DNA of 61,438 nucleotides from Hydrolagus affinis (lineage: Eukaryota): contig JAAILG010001811.1 in NCBI GenBank assembly GCA_012026655.1, positions 1-61,438 on the forward strand, read 5' to 3'. Every line of letters starts with the position of its first letter. Position 1 is the first letter of the stretch. A model generated the notes under the pieces. That model was not told the origin of the DNA. It made no database searches and saw only the letters and a list, made by a program, of their open reading frames with translations. Positions 52,049 through 61,438 of the stretch are shown in pieces. The position numbers were made by a program, and so were the translations under genes.

Positions 52049-52492
52049 TATTATATATTATAGACTATATTTGTACATGCAATTTCAAGAGGCATTTAAT
52101 CTGCAGTGATGAAGTTGAGCACGCTTTCACTTCAAAGCAAATCTTTTTAAAACTATTCTATAAAGTGACACCAAGTCGTTAACATCATTAAAACTCCCAC
52201 CTGTGATGTTTCCAAAGCAATGATGTGCTTCCCAGGGGCACTTTAAACACGTTATGTATTTGTCAATTCAAATTTCGGTTTAGCTTACCTGTTAAAACAG
52301 TTACAGTAAACCAATAACTTCTAGTAATAATTGTTGCTAATTTGATATAGTGTCTTTTCACATCATCGAGATATCTAAAATCTGAAGCATTTTCCTCTGA
52401 AATTACTGCGGTTTTGTAGTTGAGTGTGGCACCCACTTCACACACGGTATATAAGTTATAATGTTGTATTATTATTACGGTAAAGTTCCACA

Positions 52493-52580
52493 AACAACAA
52501 AAAAGTTACATTTGTATAGCAACTTTCACGTTGGGAGGACGTCCCAAGCCGCTGGACAATCAGTGATTCAGACCTGAGTC
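52493..52580 (-). mobile_element. L2 3' tail
   Basis: ttacatttgtatagcaactttcacgttgggaggacgtcccaagccgctggacaatc. Confidence 0.85.
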
Positions 52581-53889
52581 ACAAATCACATGAAGTGATG
52601 AGCAATTTTATCTTTGTGAATGATTAACACAAAGTTAAGCACAGTAATATGCCAGTGATACAACATTAAGCCACATGACTTGCTAAACTAAATTTTGCTG
52701 CTCTAATGTGAGAACAAATGCAGTTCATACGAAGTGAGGCAAATGATAATGAAATCAAGGCCATCGAACCAGCTGGAGGTGATTTTCACAGCACCAAATG
52801 AACATTATCTGCCAGGGTAAGAAAGAAACCTGATGTCGGTTAATAAGCAATAACATTTTCTTAATAATATTAATGATCTCTTCTATTCACATCATCATTA
52901 TACCTTATAATTCCAGCTCACAATAGAATACAAATATAGTGCAATTAGTCATTTTCACGCATATAACAAAGTACTTACATGTTTAACAGTACAATTGTAT
53001 GTGTTGAATTGTGATGAATAGTCCATATTTTAAAGAAACCACGAGTCCTTTGGCTAGGGAAAAATATCCTTTTGTAATTTGCTACTTTTCATCATAATAT
53101 TCATTATGGTAATTTTACATAATTATCTAAATTATATGCTAGTAGCTAAAATATCCTACTATCCTATTGCCTGCATCAAAATCAGGTTTGAAAGGGTTTA
53201 AACAAAGAATGTGAATCTAGACTAATAATAGTAATCTTCGTATAATCAGTATTTCATTTTAATTACCTCTTTGGCTATCAATGTGTTATAATTTTAGTAG
53301 ACAACTTTTTTGCGTAACATATGATCTTTCCCCACTCTAATTGACATTGAACAATGAGATAAACTAATGGTTGATTACACAGAAAAGTTTTCAATAAGAA
53401 TAACTTGTATTCCTATTGCATAAATACTCCAAAGCATTTTGCAAAATATAAATGATTAGAAATAAATGAATGTTCATATTTTAGGCAACATTCGTAAAAT
53501 AACTTGGACTTTGCAACAATCATATCCAACAGATTCTAAGCACCTTTCTCATAACACTATAAGTGAATCTTTAAGGATGATAGATTGCTGTGGTTTCACT
53601 CTGAATTTGCTTTAAAATCTTGAAAGGGTTTTCATGCTGGATGACCAAAATTTATGTGATGTGAAGAGATTTGAAGAGAAATTAAGGTACTTTGTTTTTT
53701 CAAGCTCTTTTTGAGCTCTATTAGTATTGTTAGATTTTTTTTGCACTGCATAACAGTATATTGCGATTTCTATTGGAGACCTATTTCCTGAGTTGGTAAG
53801 AACAAAGCTGCTGTTTCTAAGTCAATTCTCAGAAAGGTGAAGATAAAATTACAATTTGGGAATTATATTTTTTTATTTGGAATGCATAA

Positions 53890-53968
53890 TGGGGTAGCAC
53901 TGCATTGTCAGAAGTGCCCTCCTTTGAATGAGATGTTAAACTGAAGCCTGTTCGGGAGGATGTTAAAG
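53890..53968 (+). mobile_element. DeuSINE core fragment
   Basis: gcactgcattgtcagaagtgccctcctttgaatgagatgttaaactgaagcc. Confidence 0.7.
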
Positions 53969-55958
53969 TTTTTGTTGATGTTCGAAGGATCAAATTGGTT
54001 CCTCTATTCGGGATGAAACTCCCCATGCCCCGACAGGGCTTCTTCAAAGCGAAGCTGTGGAAGGAGCATAGACTTGACTCTATGCCGTCAGAATGTAACA
54101 CAAATAAAAAATCTGACTCTAATTCAGGGTAACCGTGTCTTATAATAGACCACTCTGCTCACTGGGGGTTAGAAACCCCAGTTATGGCAATTGTGAAACA
54201 GGAAAAGTTTTATTTGGATTGGTGACAATTGCACTGCTCCCGCACATTATTCCCTGTAAGGTATTTTGTCACAGCTTTGTGCTGTATCCAAGGTGAATTG
54301 GATTAGTGATCACGTCCATTAATGTTGAAATGTAACAGATGGAGCTGAATTAAGTGTCAGGAGGTATAAACCGGAGATGCTCATTTTGATCAGCGCAATT
54401 TACTGCAGGGAAGAATTTGACCTGCTGTGCACTTGTTTCAGATTAAATACAAGGTGTTAGCAAGCTAGAAGCATCTCACACAGGTATCATCACATCCTAC
54501 CACAACAATTTCTGAAGTTGCTCTTGCATGTCAACAGTGTCCACTGAATTATATCTAGTGGGAGCAGAGAGGGATACGTGGTCCCATAATCCTCTTCCCA
54601 TCAGAGACTGAAGACAATCCAACCACTAAAGATTGTTTAATTTTTTTTTGCCATTTTTTCTCCTCTCCTTCTCTTGTTCTGAAGACTTAAAGCAAGTCCC
54701 GTTTGCTGTAACAAGGGGGGGATAGCATTTCAGCACCTCACCCAAGGGCCTATTCTTAATATGGAAACGCAAACAGTGAATGGTAGACGCTCCATCATGA
54801 AGTGCTTTGCCGTTGAGAGAGGGATATGAAATGTCATAATGTAGGACAAGAGGAAAGCCTACACAAATGTTTACTTCAGGCTCCCCTGCCCAAGTAGCCA
54901 TGAAGTGAGAAGCAGAAAAACTGCTAAGTATCCATATTATCCCACAATAAAACATTCAGTTTCACACAAATATTGTCGATGATACTTTATATCTTATTCT
55001 GCAAATGATAGATGCATGTTGGAACAATGATCACTAGATCCTAGAGGGGGGAGTGATTGTGATTCTAATGCAGACCCATGACTGGTACATTTGGTAACTA
55101 TTCATCATTTTGTGAGGAAAAAAAAGTCATTGTTTCATCTTCAATATCGAAGAAGGTAGGAATCGAGGATCTATGAAAACTGTGCATGGCACAGTCATGG
55201 CAACAGAACACCAATAATCAGTAGCATGCTGGTCAAACAGTCACTCTCACTCACTGAACTGCTGTAAACTGGGCAAAGCGGGTACCGGATGTTCCCTGGG
55301 AGAGTCTTGAAGATTTAGAGCAAGTTTCATTACAGTGTTTCTTGGCAGCTATCTCAATCTGGCATTGGTAGAGATCTTAGAGTTAGTCTCTCTGTACCAG
55401 AGGTGAAGCATGAACTGGTGAGATAATTGATGAGTACTTCTTGTCTTGCCAGCACAGGAAATGCTGCATTTGCCCTCATTATATACGTTGAATTGTTTCT
55501 GCTGTAATAAGTGATGATAGTGTTTCCAATGCAGATAGTAAGCAAACACATCTATAAACATTTTCTATTCCTATTAAAAGATTGTGACATGAGATATTCT
55601 CTCCCATTTCATTATGTTAAATGGGCTGCAAAAAAGAATTCTGCATCAGCTACAACTCTTTCTTCCTTTATGTTTCTAAGCACTTTTGGATAAAGTCCTG
55701 ATCTGCTCTGAATAATGACATTTTCGATGATGGTTTCATAATGATTTTCTAAGTTGTTAGAAAAAAAGTCATTGTTTCATCTTCAATATAATATATCTTC
55801 AATATCTTCAATATCTTCTAACACATCATATTTTGGTAAAGGGAAAATTACTAATTCCCTGTACATTCTTGCTTTGAATCATTAAACATTAACATTAAGT
55901 GATATTTTTGCATGTTGCTTTGATAAATATGAAATTGGTCATTACCACTTCTGAATTG

Positions 55959-56508
55959 CAACAACAACAAAATTGTATAGCGCCTTTCATGTCAGGAGGA
56001 TGTCCCAAGATGCTGGACAATCATTGTTTCAGATCCAAGCTGGGGATAGGGCAGTGGAAGGAAAGGGTGGGGGTGGGGGGGCGGATTTGGGGTGACCGAT
56101 GGGACAGGGTCTTCAGGCAGGACTTGAAAAAGGCCAGGCAGGGGTCGAGGCAGAGGGACTCTGGGATGGAGTTCCAGATGTTGAGGGCAGAGTGGCTAAA
56201 GGCTCACCCACCAACAGTGGGGCGGGTGGGTTGGGGGACATGGAGCAGGACAGAACCTGCTGAGCAGAGGGGGCAGGCAGGTTGATAGGTGGTTAGGAGA
56301 TCACTGGTGTCGGATGGGGCGAGGCCATGGAGGGCTTTGAATGTGAGGACCAGTATCTTGAATTGGATATTGGGGAGACAATGGAGTTGGATGAGGATGG
56401 GGGAGGTGGGGTCACGGAGCTTCGAGCAGAAGAGGACATAGGTCACAGAGTTCTGGATTATCTGCAACCTATGGAGGGAGGAGTTAGGAAGGCCGACAAG
56501 CAGGGAGA
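55959..56508 (-). mobile_element. L2 LINE 3' 550 bp (ORF2 C-terminus, UTR, tail)
   Basis: Minus ORF reads IQNSVTYVL...SPILIQLHCLPNIQFKILVLTFKALHGLAPS, followed by a hairpin tail and (ttg)n. Confidence 0.93.
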
Positions 56509-56617
56509 TTATTTAGAAGAAACTTTAGTGGTGAAGTATACCCAACTGGTGGGTACATGGAGTCAAAGAACAATGCTCTTCAAGATAGACTGAAAAATAG
56601 TTTAAGAATGATAATAA

Positions 56618-56720
56618 TAACAACAGCAACAACAACAACAAATTACACTTGTATAGCGCCTTTCACGTCAGGAGGACGTCCCAAGGCGCTGAACAGTTAG
56701 TTTGGGACCCGAGCGGGGGT
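56618..56720 (-). mobile_element. L2 3' tail, intact-looking
   Basis: (aac)n aattacacttgtatagcgcctttcacgtcaggaggacgtcccaaggcgctg. Confidence 0.92.
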
Positions 56721-57745
56721 AATAACCTTTGCATTTGACGCAGCACCATTCACTTCAGGAGGACCTCAAAGACTCTCAAAGTCCTACAGAGGATGTTTAC
56801 TGTGGACTGTTTACGGATGTTTACTGATGTCTGCGTTCTGTACATAAATTATAGCACAATATAAAATACTTGGTATACCTTCATAATGATGCTTACCATG
56901 ACACACTTCCTCAGGGAAACGTTCCACAGTACCTTTTTGACTGAGCTGTACAAATCAACTGGAGTAATTGAAGAAAAGGAGCGGAGTGGGAGTTGGGACA
57001 GACGGGTGGGGGAGTTGGGGAGGAGAATTGAATTATGACATGTTTCATAATCATCACTGTTGAAATTGGTTCTGATTGAGAGATGCTCATGCGAACACAC
57101 TTATTTCAAGTATCTCATTCAATCTATAGCTGTCTTTGCTCCCAGCAGTATGAAAACAGTATTAGTCATTATGCTGCCCTCAAATTTTGGCATCTTATTG
57201 GCTGTGTTTATTACTTGTACTTATTCTTTTCAACTAAAATCTAATCCTAAAACTAATTAATTATATTTGTTTCCCGCTTCACAGAAATGCCAAGTTCCTT
57301 CACTTTAATTTGATACATTCTGACACAGCATGTATTAGAAATTCATAATAGGCTTATAATTAACATAACTCTCATTTTTTTATGGATAAACATTCATTAT
57401 GGGTGGTTATTTAACATCCATTTGCATTCAAGTTTTTACAAATGATAAGAGTCTTAGAAATAAAAAGATCACAATTATCTTCATTGGAAAAGGTATGGCT
57501 TGTTTGAAGTTTTTTTTAAACTTAAACAGGGCCACCACGATTAACACAGTTGAAAAGATTCAATCATTTTGTGTTGAACTGGATGCTTTAAAATTGTGTC
57601 TGAGGCACTTAATGCAATGAAACCCTCCTCTTGGACTGCACATTCAGTCATCCTCCTACTTTCCCTGCCCTCCACCCTCCTTGATCCCGTCCCCCACCAG
57701 CTCATAAATCTAGTTCTTCCGGTGGGATTGTGCATCTTTGTAATA

Positions 57746-57953
57746 CAGTAAAAGCCAGTTTATCCGTGACCCTATCAACCGTAACTTCCGTATAACCGGC
57801 ACAGCAACAAAAGTCCGCATTCGATTAACTGGAATTTATCTGGAAAAATGCATTTTTTTTTAAAAAAAAAACACTTTTCTGCTGAATATCCGGCAGGCGC
57901 TTTAACCGGCATTAGCCAGGTCCCGAGGGTGCCAGATAAATGGGCTTTTACTG
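57746..57953. mobile_element. Tc1/mariner (Tigger/pogo-like) MITE, 208 bp
   Basis: TIRs are cagtaaaagccagtttatccg and reverse complement cagtaaaagcccatttatctg (18/21 match). TA flanks both ends (57744-45, 57954-55). The interior is CpG-rich. Confidence 0.88.
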
Positions 57954-59894
57954 TACCTACATTAGATTCACACCTTCATTTTTATTTGAGGTATCAGCTA
58001 TCTTATGTTCCACTGAGTCGGAACGAAAGTAAAGTGGAGATCAAGTTGTGTTATAATTCCTGGCAGTTTTCCAGGGTCTACAGGCAATATCTATCTGTTA
58101 ACTTGCTGACCATCTATCTCCTGTGTGCAAAACATTACAAATATGGGGTGAATATGAGACAAATTCCAAGTACTGTACATAATTATCATATCAGACCTTT
58201 TAAGAAGCACTACATTTTTTATCCTTAACATGGCAAATACTCAGAATAAGAATCAAGGCTAATCCTTGTTGTTTATGGTCAATTGGTTCTCTGGCTTGGA
58301 TTCATGCTCAAGATTGTCTCAAAAATGTATTTGCCTTTAAGGCAGCTCTACTGTCCTTGTTCAGCTACATCTCTTGACAAACCTATTTTATCAGAGACCA
58401 TCAAAGGTCAGGCTATTGCTCAAGCAGCACACACCACGGCAGAAAATGAAATGAACTGTGAACACACTCATCTGGGCGATCTTATTTCTTTGCACTTTCC
58501 TCAGCAGCAGTCCAACAAGCACTGTCATTACTGGGCTAATTAATGCAACTTAATGGCATCCAAAGCAGTTTAGCGGTGGCAGTACAAGGACAGGACAGAT
58601 CTTGGGTAAATTACGCTGCCAACACAAACCTGACAAGAACACAAGGAGCAAATTGGATGAATTCATCATTATTCAAAAGTTTGTTAGATCTTGCCAGGAG
58701 CTTTCAATCACACATTAGAAGTGTCTCAGCCATTATTGTCTCTCTGTTTTGCATAGATAGGAAGGAAAAATTGATCCTCTATTAGCAGCGCTGTGGAGAA
58801 GCCATCGATTTGCTTGAATCCAGTTGTTACGGAGGTCAAGGCTGTACCTTGAGTGAAATGAAATTCATAGACTTTCATTAGCTCAAGAAGTCTGTTAAAC
58901 AGCATCTTAAAAATATGGTTCTGTTAAGCCATTCATGCAGCAAATTAAAGCCACCTTGATTTAAATAGCCCTCTAAGGCATCAACCTGCTCATTTTTACA
59001 TACAAAATGAATATTGTGAACATTGTAATCAGTAACTGTAATTACTCTGCACTTGTAACATATAATGCATTCTTTGCCAGTGTACAGTTAACCTTCGTAT
59101 CAATGTGATTCATTCTGTTGTAAAGCAATGGTTACATGTGCTAACAGTTTCAGTAAATGTTCTAATTGCTCATTAATTCATGTTATTTAGAAAGAAACTT
59201 TTATTTTCAATTCTGGAAATAATATTTGTCTGCAACATGCTATATGGTTTTAATTCTGACGAGAGTACTTCCCAGTCTGTGGTTCACTGTACGTGCACAT
59301 TCTGTGTGTAACCCAACTCCCAATTCATAATCCATGCTTTTACTTGTCTTATTGTGTATATATTAAAATCCACATCTATGAATGAGCTTGAAATTAATCC
59401 TAGCATTCTAAATCGTTCAATAAATTCCTCCTTTAACCATTTTTAAATTAAATTTAACTAGGAGCACTAAAACTCTGAGCTATCTAGCCACTAACTGCCA
59501 ATAACGAACAGTTTAGTTCTGTCCCAAGTGGGTAGCTTTCAACATTGTCTTAGCCTATCAATTCTCCTCATAAATTAAAAAGATGGTTTGCAAATTGTTT
59601 TTAAATATCACAATGAAATACGTTTGTGGCGTATTTTCTTCCCTCACATTTTCCCGTCACTTTTCATCTTATCTTCCTCCCATCCCTGCTACCAGCTCAG
59701 AATTTTCCTTTGTTCTTCCATAACTCATTATATGGGTTTGAGATCCAAAGTTTCCCATAGTCTTAACCTTATGTGTTGTATTTAGAAACCAATTTTCCTC
59801 AGTTCTTAACAATTACAGATTTGTTTATTAAATTATTATTTGTAAATTAAAACTACATTTAAGAATTTTCCACATTCCGCTCAATCTTTAAGTG

Positions 59895-60120
59895 GCATGC
59901 CTGTTGTTTGGGTGGACATTAAAAATCCTACTGTTTATAAAGAGAAGGAAGTTTCTCTCCGTGTCTTGACCAATAATCCTCCAAATGAAAAATATTCATT
60001 CACTTCATATCTCTTTGTGGGACTTTGCTTTGGGCAAATTGGCTGCTGCAATCACCGACAGATACCTTTCCGTATTCCCTGTGAGACATGTTTATTATAT
60101 GATCAGGCATAAGGATTTTT
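59895..60120 (+). mobile_element. DeuSINE 3' two-thirds, decayed
   Basis: ggtggacattaaaaatcc...gtgtcttgaccaataatcctcc...tttgtgggactttgct...aaattggctgc. Confidence 0.65.
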
Positions 60121-60724
60121 GTTATTAAGATTCAGGAGAAATCAATAAAGGAAACATCACCAGAGTTTATTGGCTATAAATTGTACACCAAATTATTCAC
60201 ACAAAAACATATTGAAAGGAATACTGATAAGAAAACAAACGTTGCATTTGATAACACATTTTACGTTGGAAGGACATCTTAGAGTGCTTCATAGGATGAT
60301 ACTGCAAAGGATAGTGGATTTTTAACTTGATTTTTTCTTCTTGGAAGTCATGATTGAAGCATATTATTGGAGAGTTGTTGAAGAAGTATTATATCTATCT
60401 GACCAGAATTGCTGAACACCAATACCAAGAAGTAGACCAACATATTTGTCTGATTCTGAGGATAGGAATTTCTGGAGGACTGCTAAATAATTCAAGTGCA
60501 ACAACTTGAATTACAAATCATTGCACATTTTTCCAATTGGGAGCAGAGGAATATTGATCCCTGTTGTGCAACAAATGTTCTTCAGAAGCTGAAGTAGTAG
60601 CATATTGTTGGGTCAGTGCAGGGGGAATCCCATAATTGTGCTGTTATAAGAGGGTATTGGGCTACCACATGATTCACATTAAACATTTCATTCCCCAGAT
60701 ATGTAATCATTCACATTAATGAAA

Positions 60725-60785
60725 GAGCTCCGAGATACTGCATCGCTTGAAGGGTGCTATATAAATGCAAGTTGCTGTTGTTGTT
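60725..60785 (+). mobile_element. L2-type 3' tail
   Basis: tgaagggtgctatataaatgcaagttgctgttgttgtt. Confidence 0.7.
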
Positions 60786-61043
60786 AATAATTTTCATACA
60801 TGCATAATCAAGTTATCCAAAAATAGATATTAGAGCATGTTCCATCTATAGATCATTTTCACATCAATATAATTGATGTTGAAACATAATAAATATTATA
60901 AATAATAATTACCATACGTGTCACATTTTCACTCCTCTGTTTCAAATAAATATTAAGGAAACACGTTTATAAAAGAATTACAAGCCTTTCAACCCATACA
61001 TACTTTTTCTCACCAAACAGGAACCATAAATCTGCTTATTGAC

Positions 61044-61193
61044 TCCATGGCTGTTTGTGTGCTAATGCCTGTGCACAAATTGGCTGCCATGTTCACCTAC
61101 AAAATAGTCACTACATTTTGTATTATATTCTGTGAAGTGGCTTTGAGGCGTTCTGATGGCGTGAAAGGGACTCTATCAAACAGAAGGATCATT
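61044..61193 (+). mobile_element. SINE 3' half
   Basis: tccatggctgtttgtg...cacaaattggctgcc...tattctgtgaagtggctttgag. Confidence 0.8.
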
Positions 61194-61202
61194 AATATTG
61201 CA

Positions 61203-61297
61203 AACTTTCAAGGTGGCCTCAAGACCTATTTCTTTGACTGTACTTTCTGTTTGCTTCCCAGCCAGCTCACTCTATTCAGCTGTCTCGACCCCCAGCT
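61203..61297 (+). mobile_element. L2 ORF2 end and 3' UTR fragment
   Basis: Translates as FQGGLKTYFFD (compare FK..LKT.LF), followed by a pyrimidine-rich UTR. Confidence 0.6.
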
Positions 61298-61438
61298 CAA
61301 CAACAACAACAACAAATTACATTTATAGAGCGCCTTTCACGTCGGGAGGACGTCCCAAGGCGCTGCACATGGGGAGTGTGACCCGAGCTGGGAGGGGGGT
61401 GTTTGGGCGGGGGTGAAACAAGAAGGGGAGGTCGAAGA
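61298..61438 (-). mobile_element. L2 3' end, continues beyond the window
   Basis: (aac)n aattacatttatagagcgcctttcacgtcgggaggacgtcccaaggcgctg, then a G-rich UTR. Confidence 0.9.

Noticed and set aside
1-61438. The short ORFs in the supplied track as real genes, or a prokaryotic/defence system
   Set aside because: The DNA is eukaryotic and repeat-rich. The ORFs are short, overlap on both strands and lack recognisable domains except LINE remnants. No operon, CRISPR array or cas-like gene is visible.
61203-61438. Twin-priming inversion of one L2
   Set aside because: The tail lies at the junction rather than at the outer end, which fits two independent opposite insertions better.

Overview
AT-rich, CpG-depleted vertebrate genomic DNA, not prokaryotic. 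The repeat content points to a cartilaginous fish, probably a holocephalan such as Callorhinchus milii. This is inferred from recalled repeat families, not from a search. No host protein-coding gene is recognisable. The only protein-like similarities are decayed LINE remnants: L2 reverse transcriptase and C-terminus, and CR1 ORF1 esterase plus ORF2 endonuclease start. The window holds five near-full copies and many 3' fragments of a ~320 bp tRNA-derived SINE, older DeuSINE/SacSINE1-like copies, many L2 and CR1 3' ends, one Tigger-like MITE and a (TG)27 microsatellite. Repeat-free, motif-rich blocks between these may be conserved enhancers, so the window looks like a gene desert or very large intron. 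I found no convincing novel multi-gene system. The most unusual signals are a perfect 35 bp template-switch inverted repeat inside a SINE (14640-14732), a doubly deleted L2 (20446-21120), a 175 bp run of consecutive hairpins (54010-54182), a perfect 29 bp repeat 642 bp apart (55119/55761), and compensatory base pairing in the shared SINE/L2 3' hairpin. Repeat boundaries are approximate and were read by eye.
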